This document shows, piece after piece, positions 1-9,379 of a stretch of DNA of 64,000 nucleotides. The notes under the pieces are model-generated. The model ran no database searches. It was not told the DNA's origin and was given only the letters and a program-made list of their open reading frames with translations. The translations under genes and the position numbers were made by a program. The DNA is taken from positions 911,869 to 975,868 of the forward strand of contig JAWPMW010000001.1 in the NCBI GenBank assembly GCA_033344735.1, in the 5' to 3' direction. Source of the DNA: Gammaproteobacteria bacterium. GTDB taxonomy: Bacteria > Pseudomonadota > Gammaproteobacteria > UBA4575. The stretch's first letter is position 1; every line of letters begins with the position of its first letter.

Positions 1-824
1 TGCAAAGAAATTGATTTCATTTTTAGCTTCTTAATATCAATATGATCTTGAGGGTCGTCAATTAACGCTAATTTTCCTTGTGGTGCTAGTACTTCAACTA
101 TTTGATCAAAATGCTGATCAGTATGGGTAAGGCTGATAACGTGAGTGACATGATTGATCCCCATATCATTCAATTGCTGCTTGAAAGGTTTGTGATGATT
201 AATTACATGGTTTGCACCTAATTCGCTTACCCAATCTTGGCTCTGTTGCCTTGAGGCAGTGCCAATAATTGTTGCATTTATCAGTTGCACAGCCAATTGA
301 GTTAATATCGAACCTACCCCGCCTGCAGCACCAATAATTAATATGCTTGACTTGGGTGATGCATGCCCATCAACGTGATTGTCTTTGCTTGATAGAGTGA
401 AACCAAAACGATCAAACAATATTTCCCAAGCTGTAATGGCAGTTAATGGCATCGCTGCCGCTTCGGTATTTGATAGCGAGGCTGGCTTTTTACCCACGAT
501 CCGTTCATCCACTAATTGATATTCTGCATTTGACCCAGCGCGAGTAATATCTCCGGCATACCAGACCTTGTCACCCACTTTAAATAACTCTACATCATTA
601 CCAATAGCGACAACTTCGCCCACTGCATCCCATCCAAGTATTTTATACTGGCCTGGTTCGGGTGATGCCGATGCGCGTACTTTAGTATCCACGGGATTAA
701 CAGAAACAGCCTGCACTTTGACTAATAAGTCTCGACCTTGTGCTTGAGGTGTGGGTATTTCAATATCGACTAGCGCATCTGCCTCATCGATTGATTTAGG
801 ATGTAAATAGCCAATTGCCTTCAT
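1..824 (-). CDS. Zinc-binding MDR-family alcohol dehydrogenase / quinone oxidoreductase (N-terminal ~275 aa in window; 3' end beyond window edge)
   Basis: Reverse translation from the ATG at 824 gives MKAIGYLHPKSIDEADALVDIEIPTPQ...VGEVVAIGNDV...IIGAAGGVGS, i.e. the GroES-like and Rossmann GxxGxxG motifs of MDR dehydrogenases. The frame stays open to position 1. It is absent from the ORF track because it is truncated by the window. Confidence 0.6.
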   Translation of the reverse strand, partial: MKAIGYLHPKSIDEADALVDIEIPTPQAQGRDLLVKVQAVSVNPVDTKVRASASPEPGQYKILGWDAVGEVVAIGNDVELFKVGDKVWYAGDITRAGSNAEYQLVDERIVGKKPASLSNTEAAAMPLTAITAWEILFDRFGFTLSSKDNHVDGHASPKSSILIIGAAGGVGSILTQLAVQLINATIIGTASRQQSQDWVSELGANHVINHHKPFKQQLNDMGINHVTHVISLTHTDQHFDQIVEVLAPQGKLALIDDPQDHIDIKKLKMKSISL

Positions 825-1091
825 TGTCAATCCTTATGATTGGTATAAGACTTTAATTGCTTAAAAGTCCATTCGTACAAGTATATGTAAGTATTATTCA
901 CAATCTAGGTAGTATATAAAGCCAACAAGCCAGGAAACATAATCAAATTATAATTGATAATGTGTATCAGGAAGTTTTACCCAACTGACAATGAGAAAGA
1001 ATCAGGAACAGACTAAGATTTTTTATAAAGCAAGGTGCCAATGTATTTACTTTGAAAGCGTCATGAGCAGAACAAACAGCAGCTGTTGCTT

Positions 1092-1379
1092 TCAAGGTGA
1101 ACCAAATATACATCCCTGCTCAGTCACGACTACAGGAAAATCACCCAATCCTCTCATCGTGCTCGCTACGGCATATTGTTCTAGCTGAGGTCCAATTTCA
1201 TTCGCGTCTCGGCTTTGGGTAGCAGAGTACATCACGCGAATAAAGTGCGAATCGGTTTGATTAATTAGTCGAAAGCAATAACTTTCTTTATCTTGTTCTT
1301 CTTGAATCTCGAAATCTGAGAATTCGATTTGTAAATATGACAAAACTGCGTCACGGATTTCAATACGATATTCAGACAC
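1092..1379 (-). CDS. hypothetical protein (95 aa), 12 nt downstream of the TlpA-like gene on the same strand
   Basis: ORF track only. No recognisable motifs. It could be co-transcribed with the mtoX-side cluster. Confidence 0.3.
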   Translation of the reverse strand: MSEYRIEIRDAVLSYLQIEFSDFEIQEEQDKESYCFRLINQTDSHFIRVMYSATQSRDANEIGPQLEQYAVASTMRGLGDFPVVVTEQGCIFGSP

Positions 1380-1390
1380 AATATTAAATA

Positions 1391-1978
1391 TTACCCTTTG
1401 TCTGAGTCAGCATCAGCAGTCGCTAAACGCTCATACTCTTTCATAATGCCACGTAGAAAATCAACCATTTCACCTGAATTCCAATCGCGTTCACCTGTGG
1501 CCTTATAAATCAATTTACCGGAAGGGCTAATAAGAAATGTAGTTGGCAAACCTGAGACTTCCCAATTAGACAATGACATATTTTTATCAATAACAATATC
1601 GAAATCGACTGGATTATCTTTTAAAAATTGTTTTACTGTGGCTAATGCTGGACCAACATGTACACCAACCACTTTCAATCCATTGCTAGAATTTAACTTA
1701 TTATGCAAATCATTCAGCGCAGGCATTTCTTTTATGCAGGGTGGACACCAAGTTGCCCAGAAATTGAGTAGTACAAATTTACCCTCATAATCAGATAAGC
1801 TGATATCTGATCCATGCGCGCTCATAAGAGTAAAGTTTGATGCTTTTGAGCCAGATATTTTGTCCATCAAACCATCTGCATGCGACAAAGATATCATTAC
1901 AACTATGACGAAGATAAGCGCTGTTAATAGAGCACCTGATTTAACGAAATTTCTCTTACTGCTAGAACTACACTTCAT
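1391..1978 (-). CDS. TlpA/ResA-like periplasmic thiol:disulfide oxidoreductase (thioredoxin fold, WCPPC)
   Basis: NFWATWCPPCIKEMP active site with a TlpA-like flanking pattern. The signal peptide begins at the internal Met (MKCSSSSKRNFVKSGALLTALIFVIVV), so the start is proposed at 1978 rather than the ORF-track 2056. Confidence 0.75.
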   Translation of the reverse strand: MKCSSSSKRNFVKSGALLTALIFVIVVMISLSHADGLMDKISGSKASNFTLMSAHGSDISLSDYEGKFVLLNFWATWCPPCIKEMPALNDLHNKLNSSNGLKVVGVHVGPALATVKQFLKDNPVDFDIVIDKNMSLSNWEVSGLPTTFLISPSGKLIYKATGERDWNSGEMVDFLRGIMKEYERLATADADSDKG

Positions 1979-2083
1979 AATTACCGCTTTGTATTTAATA
2001 TATACGTTAGTAGAGTCAAATATTATAATTAAGTTCGTTTCGAAACACTTGGCCAACCCTTATTAGATAGCCATTTATCTGGC

Positions 2084-2626
2084 TTATTTCTCAGATACTT
2101 TAGTTTCCTCGTAATCCACAAAGACTTTCTTTAAAAAATCCACCATTGGAGGCGAATTCCACAATCTTGAGCCTACCGCTCGATAAGCAAAATTACCTTC
2201 CGGTGTCAGCAAATAGGATGTTGGCAAGCTCGGCACACCCCAATGTCCTAACTCTAAATTGATATCCATAACTACTGGGTAGCTTACTGGAGAAAGCTCT
2301 AAATGTTCATTCACGCCAATGACATCTGGACCAGCATGCACGGCAACTACCTGCAAGATATTTTCTTCAGCGAGCTGATCTAACAAGTCCTGCATTAATG
2401 ACAATTCAGTACGACATACAGTGCATTTTGTAGTCCAAAAATTTACTAATACAAACTTACCTTGCAAGTCCTCAAGATTAAATTTACCACCCGTGGAATA
2501 AGGCAGCGAAAAGTTTTCAGCATGCATGGTACGCGGCATCGCATCTAATAATCTATCCGCATTTGCTATAGAGCATACAAAAATTAAGACAATGCTAGCA
2601 ATAAATTTTAGTTTCATATCTCTCAT
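2084..2626 (-). CDS. TlpA-like periplasmic thioredoxin, second copy (CxxC = TKCTVC)
   Basis: Signal peptide MKLKFIASIVLIFVCSIANA. Thioredoxin-fold motif NFWTTKCTVCRTE and overall similarity to the neighbouring TlpA-like protein. Confidence 0.7.
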   Translation of the reverse strand: MRDMKLKFIASIVLIFVCSIANADRLLDAMPRTMHAENFSLPYSTGGKFNLEDLQGKFVLVNFWTTKCTVCRTELSLMQDLLDQLAEENILQVVAVHAGPDVIGVNEHLELSPVSYPVVMDINLELGHWGVPSLPTSYLLTPEGNFAYRAVGSRLWNSPPMVDFLKKVFVDYEETKVSEK

Positions 2627-3976
2627 CTATTTCACTTTAAATTCTGAATCATGTGCCCAGTTAGGATCTTGTGAACGAATATCACCAATAGGTGCTGCAA
2701 ATCCATCTGCCACCAGGATTTGAATATTATCGCCCGTTAAAGCATTCATAAAGTCAACCAGCTGATCTATTTCTTGTTCAGTCAAATTCAAGGGCTGTAT
2801 CAACGGACTAAGCAGCTCATTAGGCACACCACCCTGATTGTAAAACTCGACAACCTGACGCAAATTAGTAAACGCACCATCATGCATATAAGGCGCTGTA
2901 AGCGAGATATTGCGTAAGATAGGTGTTCTAAATTTCCAACGATCAAATGGGTTTTGTGTAATTGTGTATAGACCTACATCATTCTGCTTAGGTGTTTGCC
3001 GAACAGAATCTATGACTTCATTATCAACATTCACAAAAACGCCAGGCGCCAACTGCACTCGTGTTTGCTTGGGTTTAACACCCATAGAAACATTGTAGCC
3101 ATGACCTGTATTATGCAGTAATTGATCAGTGAATAATGCGTATTCCTCATTGATCAAATGACAAGCTGAACACTTAGCTTTGCCCGTAAATAGTGCAAAA
3201 CCTGCCTTTTCATCTTTGGTCAATGCATCTTCTTGTTTACCATAATACCATTGATCAAATCTTGAGTTACCTGAATTCAACGTTCTCTGGTAACTTGCTA
3301 ATGCCTCTCCCACCGTCTCCATAGTGGGGCCTTTACCATCAAAGGCTTCTTCAAACAGTCCTTCGTATTCTTTGATGCCTTTTATCTTATTGATAACATA
3401 ACCTATAGAAGGATTTGCCATTTCATTCATAGCAAGAAGTGGTGACCATACTTGTTGCTCTAAACTATCTTCTCTCCCATCGTGGAAAAATATATCGAAG
3501 TAACCCACGTTATAAATTGTTGGGCTATTGCGCTTAACACTACGACCTTCAAAACCAATTGCTGTGGCTAACTCATTATTAGCATAACCTTGTTCAGGTA
3601 TATGGCAGATAGCACAAGAGAATGTATCGTTATGAGATAAACGACGATCAAAGAAGAGCCGACGACCTAAGCTAACCTTCTCTTCAGTCACGGGATTGCC
3701 ATCAGGCATCTTCATTTTTGGCAACCCAAGAGGTGTTTGATAAACAAATTGAAGTAAGTCTGCTTGCTTACCTTTTCGCGCTGTTACACTTAGCGAATTA
3801 GTGACATAAGTTTCTTCATCATAACCATGTTTACGATCGCCTGGTCCGAATATAGCATCTTCATTAATATCTTCATTACTAGCATTAGCAATGAGAAAGG
3901 TAGATGCACTTACATATACACAACAGCCAAATAAAACTAGAATCCAGTGGCGCAATTTTAAATAATCAAGTTTCAT
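2627..3976 (-). CDS. Di-haem cytochrome c peroxidase family protein, MauG-like
   Basis: Signal peptide. Two CxxCH haem motifs (FSCAICHIP and KCSACHLIN) in the spacing typical of the bacterial CCP/MauG family, with the conserved PYMHDG and FYNQGG C-terminal region. Confidence 0.85.
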   Translation of the reverse strand: MKLDYLKLRHWILVLFGCCVYVSASTFLIANASNEDINEDAIFGPGDRKHGYDEETYVTNSLSVTARKGKQADLLQFVYQTPLGLPKMKMPDGNPVTEEKVSLGRRLFFDRRLSHNDTFSCAICHIPEQGYANNELATAIGFEGRSVKRNSPTIYNVGYFDIFFHDGREDSLEQQVWSPLLAMNEMANPSIGYVINKIKGIKEYEGLFEEAFDGKGPTMETVGEALASYQRTLNSGNSRFDQWYYGKQEDALTKDEKAGFALFTGKAKCSACHLINEEYALFTDQLLHNTGHGYNVSMGVKPKQTRVQLAPGVFVNVDNEVIDSVRQTPKQNDVGLYTITQNPFDRWKFRTPILRNISLTAPYMHDGAFTNLRQVVEFYNQGGVPNELLSPLIQPLNLTEQEIDQLVDFMNALTGDNIQILVADGFAAPIGDIRSQDPNWAHDSEFKVK

Positions 3977-3982
3977 TTCAAG

Positions 3983-4711
3983 CTAGCTATCTTGCTCTTC
4001 CATTATTAATGTTTTCAAGTCTGCAATTATAGATTGATCATGTAAAAAGCTTGCACTGTATTGGGTTCTTTTATTACCTTGCTTATCAATTAGAAACACT
4101 CTTAAAATATGTGCAAAGCTATTTGTAGGGTTCCCTTCTTCATCGTATTCTTGATTGACATATTGCCCAAAACTTTGCGTAATTGGATCTAATTCATTAT
4201 GAGATGCTGTGGTTAAAAACTGCCATTCAGGACCACCAAAGTCTTTACTTCCTTGACCATAAAATTTCATCACTTCGGGCGTGTCATATTTTGGATCGAA
4301 ACTCAAACTCACCAACCTGAGTTGGTCCGATAATTCGGGGTCGTCTTTCAATGCCTCTTTTAATTTATAGTAGACTGCTGTTACAAGCGGGCAACCATTT
4401 AAATCAGAACATTGCGTAAACATAAAGCTAAGAAGAACAACTTTATCTCCATAAAATTCTGATAGACGTTTCTGCTCGCCTTCATCTGTTAACACATCAC
4501 CGTCGGCGGCCTTTCCAAACGGAGGTAACTCATAAGTCCCAGGCTCAGGCAATTCAAATTGCATATCACCCCACCCTGGTGCATGAAGAAGAACTTGATC
4601 TTCATGACTAGACAATACCGCAGAATGTTCTGCTTCATTATCTGTTTTATCGCATCCGTATAGCGATACAATTATTAGTGAAAAACAAACCAGATATACG
4701 TTTTTCATCAT
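3983..4711 (-). CDS. SCO1/SenC-family copper chaperone (lipoprotein)
   Basis: Lipobox LYGC. Thioredoxin-like core with FTQCSDLNGCP (Cx5CP variant of the Sco CxxxCP motif) and a SFDPKYDTPEVMKFY block resembling the Sco DPxRDTP region. Confidence 0.65.
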   Translation of the reverse strand: MMKNVYLVCFSLIIVSLYGCDKTDNEAEHSAVLSSHEDQVLLHAPGWGDMQFELPEPGTYELPPFGKAADGDVLTDEGEQKRLSEFYGDKVVLLSFMFTQCSDLNGCPLVTAVYYKLKEALKDDPELSDQLRLVSLSFDPKYDTPEVMKFYGQGSKDFGGPEWQFLTTASHNELDPITQSFGQYVNQEYDEEGNPTNSFAHILRVFLIDKQGNKRTQYSASFLHDQSIIADLKTLIMEEQDS

Positions 4712-4738
4712 TCCTTTTTAATCCTCTATATAAACAAA

Positions 4739-4765
4739 AGGCCGCCTTCTAAGGCGGCCTTTTTT
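4739..4765. terminator. Bidirectional rho-independent terminator hairpin
   Basis: aaaaGGCCGCCttctaaGGCGGCCtttttt: perfect 9-bp GC-rich stem flanked by A-run and T-run, 50 nt downstream of the mtoX stop (minus strand). Confidence 0.6.
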
Positions 4766-4816
4766 ATTTACAGCTTTTACGTTTACGTAATAAACGCTAG
4801 CCTAACCTCGGTTCAA

Positions 4817-6196
4817 TTATTTATCTACTTGAGACAACATTGTATCCGAAGAGTTCGGCTTTTGAGAGTAAAGCGAATAAGCGCCAAATCTCATTTGGTG
4901 TGCACGACCTAACTTCAATTGATAGAAGTCGATTGTGAACTGATGATCCAGTTTCTTACCATTCCAATGGAACAGTTTGAACCATTGCTCATCATCTTTA
5001 CCAGTCTTATCCCAGTTACCTAACAAGGAAGTAGTGAAGTAAGCACGCTTACCATCCCAGCTTTGAGAGATCATGTTCACTTGTGAACCAATTTGATGCT
5101 CATATGTTTGCTTAGGATTGTGTGGGTCACTGATGTCAAAGTAACGTGTCTTTCCGTCCATGAAAGTTTGAACCCAAAGACCTTGGTCATCAGCGGTGAT
5201 TGAGATATCAACAGGAAGAGGCACTTTTGAAGGATCGCCGATGTCAGCAACTTCCTCTGCTTGCCACTCACCATCTTTGTCTTCATAAACCAACCAGATT
5301 TTTGAAGTCAGAGCAGTTGTAGTAAAACAGAAGTTGTTAAGTCCAGACCATGCACAACGAATTTCTAAAGGTGCACCTGGTACATCAAATACCTTCTTAG
5401 GCTTACGAGTGTGCAAGTCCCAAAGTACCATTGTGTTACCAAAACGTTTCATAGCTTCTGGATCAGACAACATTTGACCGAAGTCCATCATGTAGTTTGA
5501 CCAACCAGTAAATGAAGAAGTTAACATCACGTTGCGTCGTGGAAGCACTCGCACATCGTATCCATAACCGTCAGCAAAATTACCAGTCTTGTTAGCACCA
5601 CGAAGATCGTCGTCAGTTGGGAACCAGTGTGCAGAAACGAAGTCGCCTTCACTAGTGTACTCGGCCATACCAGTTCGACCACCATGGTCTACATTGTTAG
5701 ACAGGGCAGATACCATAATACGTCCAGGTAATGCATAGAAAGTATGAGGGCCAACCATGCCACCAGTCTTGTCAACAAAGTCAGTGATCACTTTGTGAAG
5801 GCTAGGCTGACGTGGATTTGAATGGACATCAAAAATAAAGATCTTGTTGCTATCTAAGCCACCTGCCCATAAATAGCGACGGTCATCAGATAAACCAGAG
5901 TGATGAGCTTCGTTACGACCGCCCACTGAAACGATATGGACAACTTCACCATAATCATCAGCATCTGGGTTTACAGAAATTGTCACAAGCTTATCTTGCT
6001 CGTCACCCAATCCTTCAACACCTAACGTCCATACATATACATAATCTTCCTGGCCAACAATCTTAGCCATGTAAGGTGACATGCATGTCTCATCAGCTTG
6101 AACAGCTGCAGGCATTCCACCAACTAATGCTACTGCACTGATTAATGCTGAAGCTACTGTGCCTCTTGCCCATTTAAAAGGAAGCATTTTTTTCAT
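4817..6196 (-). CDS. mtoX: Methanethiol oxidase, selenium-binding protein 56 (SBP56) family, periplasmic
   Basis: Signal peptide. Full-length similarity to SELENBP1/MtoX (PSLHKVITDF, RYFDISDPHNPKQ, GKRAYFTTSLLGNWDKTG blocks). Flanked by SCO1 and MauG-like genes as in described mtoX loci. Confidence 0.85.
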   Translation of the reverse strand: MKKMLPFKWARGTVASALISAVALVGGMPAAVQADETCMSPYMAKIVGQEDYVYVWTLGVEGLGDEQDKLVTISVNPDADDYGEVVHIVSVGGRNEAHHSGLSDDRRYLWAGGLDSNKIFIFDVHSNPRQPSLHKVITDFVDKTGGMVGPHTFYALPGRIMVSALSNNVDHGGRTGMAEYTSEGDFVSAHWFPTDDDLRGANKTGNFADGYGYDVRVLPRRNVMLTSSFTGWSNYMMDFGQMLSDPEAMKRFGNTMVLWDLHTRKPKKVFDVPGAPLEIRCAWSGLNNFCFTTTALTSKIWLVYEDKDGEWQAEEVADIGDPSKVPLPVDISITADDQGLWVQTFMDGKTRYFDISDPHNPKQTYEHQIGSQVNMISQSWDGKRAYFTTSLLGNWDKTGKDDEQWFKLFHWNGKKLDHQFTIDFYQLKLGRAHQMRFGAYSLYSQKPNSSDTMLSQVDK

Positions 6197-6553
6197 TGTT
6201 TAAACTCCATAAATTTTACTAATTAAAGTAGATCTAATCTCGAATCAAGATACACAAATGGTAACGGCTTAGATCCACATAAACACACACCCACGGATGG
6301 GCTAACCAAAATCCAGTTCGATGTGCGACATTATGCCGCATCTAGCCCGACTATCAAGTTCTAATAAGATACTAGTTGTCATACATCAATTGAACGTAAG
6401 ATACTAAATTAGCTCGACTTATAGGTATATTCACTCAAACTGAGTGGATTTCTGAAATTAGACCCTTTTTGGTGCATTTATGACCTATATAGAGAGAAAC
6501 TGTCTAGCAGACTTATAGTCTTAAAAGTATAAATTCAACCTAAATCTTAAATT

Positions 6554-7129
6554 ATGGACATTTATAAAATTATCAAGCCATCTAGCCGCACAGCATATGC
6601 ATTTATCCTATGTGTTTTGTTGTCAGCTGGCCAGGTAAATGCAGCCAAATTGGGAGGTGAATTTGAGTTAACCTCCCACAAAGGAGAAACTTTTAGACTC
6701 AGTGATATTAAAGGGAAAGTTGGAATTATATTCTTTGGATTTACCCATTGCCCAGATGTATGTCCTAATACCCTGCTAGAAATCCAGCGTTTAATCATCA
6801 ACTTAGAAGACCAAGCAAAGCACTTAAAAGTACTCTTTATTAGCGTAGATCCTAAGAGAGATACTCCAAGTAAATTAAATAGTTATGTAACATACTTCAA
6901 CAAAAATATTATTGGTCTAACTGGCTCTCAAGAAGACATCGCTAAAGTACTTAAACAATTTAATGCTAGCGTAAAATTTAGCGGTGATACGAGCTCAGAA
7001 ACTTATAATGTAGAACACACCGCGAATATTTTTCTTATCAATAAGCAAGGCGACATTGGCAGCATCATTCTTCCTCGAACCCCCTTTAAAGTATTAGAGC
7101 AACAAGTACGCAAATTGATCTCAGAGTAA
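6554..7129 (+). CDS. SCO1/SenC-family copper chaperone
   Basis: Canonical FGFTHCPDVCP (CxxxCP) motif and SVDPKRDTP block. Signal peptide. Divergent from mtoX. Confidence 0.85.
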   Translation: MDIYKIIKPSSRTAYAFILCVLLSAGQVNAAKLGGEFELTSHKGETFRLSDIKGKVGIIFFGFTHCPDVCPNTLLEIQRLIINLEDQAKHLKVLFISVDPKRDTPSKLNSYVTYFNKNIIGLTGSQEDIAKVLKQFNASVKFSGDTSSETYNVEHTANIFLINKQGDIGSIILPRTPFKVLEQQVRKLISE

Positions 7130-7516
7130 TTAATCGTATTTTATATACGCAAAACGCTGATCATCAGGTACACCATCCAAATCAGGCTCATCCTTTGCTG
7201 GATCCCACTGGATAACTTCCTCTATCTTTTTAGCCAAGGCAAAATCTTTATTGGTAACGCCTTTGGCAGCGTGGTTCATCAATTTGACGACCACGAATGC
7301 ATAAGAAACTGTCAAATCCGGGTGATGCCAAGCAGCTTCAGCTAAGTGACCCACTGTATTCACCACCATCAGCGTCCCTTTCCAACTATTTGTCTTATAT
7401 TTACGTCGAATCCATCCATTCTCGTAGTACCAATTGGGTAACTCTTCAGCCAATCGGAGTTCAATTTGTTCATCGGTATAAGTTTCTTCAGGCTGGATAT
7501 CTCGCCACTTCGCCAT
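7130..7516 (-). CDS. Pterin-4a-carbinolamine dehydratase (PCD/DCoH)-like protein
   Basis: EAAWHHPDLTVSYAFVVVKLMNHAAKGVT resembles the PCD signature ExxxHHPxxxxxYxxVxVxLxTH...G[LV]T. Longer than canonical PCD, with an extra C-terminal region. Confidence 0.5.
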   Translation of the reverse strand: MAKWRDIQPEETYTDEQIELRLAEELPNWYYENGWIRRKYKTNSWKGTLMVVNTVGHLAEAAWHHPDLTVSYAFVVVKLMNHAAKGVTNKDFALAKKIEEVIQWDPAKDEPDLDGVPDDQRFAYIKYD

Positions 7517-7670
7517 ATTAGATCTCCATTTCTATATCGTTCGAGTTATGCTCGACTCAAAAGTCATAGCTATATTAAATCGATGATATACGCTTTCCGT
7601 CAGAAATCACGTAAAATAGCACCCTCGCATCAACTCAAATCAATTTTTACCTAGGAATCCAAGGCTCATT

Positions 7671-9347
7671 ATGGACAAAGCAGTCACGCGCAAACGGAAT
7701 AAAATGAGGGGAGAGAAACGTGGAAGAAGCGTTAATCCTCTGGCTTTACAACAAGTTCGTGAATTATTAGGTGACATGCCCATTCGGCGCGACCTATTAA
7801 TTGAATATTTACATTTAATTCAGGATAAATATTTCCATATCTCTGCCGACCATATGACGGCATTAGCAAGTGTCATGAAATTAGCGACGACAGAAGTATA
7901 CGAAGTCGCATCTTTCTATCATCACTTTGATTTAGTCAAAGAAGGTCATCATGCTCCACCAGAACTAACCATCAGAGTATGCGATTCGGTTAGTTGCGAA
8001 ATGAATGATGCAAAAGCAATTATTAACACACTTGGAGGTAAATATAACGGTGAAATTCGCGTTCAACCTGTGCCATGTGTAGGACGTTGCGAACAAGCTC
8101 CAGTTGCGGTTGTAGGGACTAATGCAATTCCGTATGCAAACATAGATAAGATTGTCGCTGCGGTAGATAAAAATGAAAAAGAAGCTGTCGCACCTGCCTG
8201 CATTAATTTTGAAGAATACAAAAAGGATGGCGGTTATCAAACCTTATCTAAATTAATTAATGGTTCACTTTCTAAAGAAGATGTCATAACTACATTAGAA
8301 GATTCAAACTTACGTGGCTTAGGTGGCGCTGGATTCCCCGCAGGTAGAAAGTGGAGAATTGTAGGCGACCAACCTGCACCAAGAATTATGGCTGTTAATA
8401 TCGATGAAGGAGAACCAGGCACCTTCAAAGATCGTTACTATCTTGAAAGAGATCCACACAGATTTTTAGAAGGCATGTTAATTGCCGCATACGTTGTTGG
8501 CACTGATGCTATTTATATTTACTTGCGAGATGAATACGCTGGTGTACGCAAAGCATTAACCAGTGAATTAGAAAAGTTAAAAGCGGGTCTACCGCACGAA
8601 CTCCCTCATATTGAATTAAGGCGTGGTGCTGGCGCATATATTTGTGGTGAAGAATCAGCAATGATTGAATCCATAGAAGGCAAACGTGGTATGCCTCGTT
8701 TACGACCTCCATTTGTTGCACAAGTTGGTGTATTTGGACGCCCTACCCTTGAACACAATATGGAAACTCTTTATTGGGTACGAGATTTAATTGAACGTGG
8801 TGCGGAATGGTTCACATCGAACGGAAGACACGATCGTAAAGGATTACGTTCATTCTCTGTCAGCGGACGTGTAAAAAATCCCGGCGTGCATTTAGCTCCA
8901 GCAGGAATCACAGTTAAAGAATTAATCGATGAGTTTTGTGGCGGAATGCTGGAAGGTCATGAATTTTATGGTTACTTTCCTGGGGGTGCTTCTGGTGGAA
9001 TTCTTCCCGCATCCATGGGCGACATTCCAATGGACTTTGATACACTCAATGAATACGGATGCTTTATTGGTTCAGCAGCAGTAATGATTTTCTCAAATCA
9101 AGACAGTGCAAAACAGTTAGCACATAACGCAATGAAATTTTTCTCGCATGAATCATGCGGTAAATGTACACCATGCCGAGTTGGCACTTCCAAAGCAGTT
9201 ATGTTGATGGATAAAGATGATTGGAACCAACCATTAATGAAAGAACTTTCTCAAACCATGAATGACGCTTCCATTTGCGGTTTAGGTCAAGCAGCATCGA
9301 ACCCAATGCAATGCGTCATCAATTATTTTCCAGAAGAATTGAAATGA
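7671..9347 (+). CDS. fdsB: NAD-dependent formate dehydrogenase beta subunit with fused N-terminal NuoE-like (gamma) [2Fe-2S] domain and NuoF-like NAD/FMN/[4Fe-4S] domain
   Basis: N-terminal Cys cluster CDSVSC...CVGRC (NuoE-like). GLGGAGFPAGRKW and ESCGKCTPCR motifs of the NuoF/FdsB family. Confidence 0.85.
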   Translation: MDKAVTRKRNKMRGEKRGRSVNPLALQQVRELLGDMPIRRDLLIEYLHLIQDKYFHISADHMTALASVMKLATTEVYEVASFYHHFDLVKEGHHAPPELTIRVCDSVSCEMNDAKAIINTLGGKYNGEIRVQPVPCVGRCEQAPVAVVGTNAIPYANIDKIVAAVDKNEKEAVAPACINFEEYKKDGGYQTLSKLINGSLSKEDVITTLEDSNLRGLGGAGFPAGRKWRIVGDQPAPRIMAVNIDEGEPGTFKDRYYLERDPHRFLEGMLIAAYVVGTDAIYIYLRDEYAGVRKALTSELEKLKAGLPHELPHIELRRGAGAYICGEESAMIESIEGKRGMPRLRPPFVAQVGVFGRPTLEHNMETLYWVRDLIERGAEWFTSNGRHDRKGLRSFSVSGRVKNPGVHLAPAGITVKELIDEFCGGMLEGHEFYGYFPGGASGGILPASMGDIPMDFDTLNEYGCFIGSAAVMIFSNQDSAKQLAHNAMKFFSHESCGKCTPCRVGTSKAVMLMDKDDWNQPLMKELSQTMNDASICGLGQAASNPMQCVINYFPEELK

Positions 9348-9379
9348 AGAACTCAAATAAGGAAATGGAGTAACCACAA

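Noticed and set aside
991-1188. 65-aa plus-strand ORF
   Set aside because: Overlaps the minus-strand 95-aa ORF, has no RBS and has odd Cys-rich low-complexity composition. Likely spurious.
4489-5286. Small minus-strand ORFs 4489-4671 and 5077-5286
   Set aside because: Alternative-frame ORFs nested within the SCO1-like and mtoX genes.
7965-8721. Minus-strand ORFs inside fdsB (7965-8240, 8237-8428, 8509-8721)
   Set aside because: Fully embedded antisense to a well-supported conserved gene.
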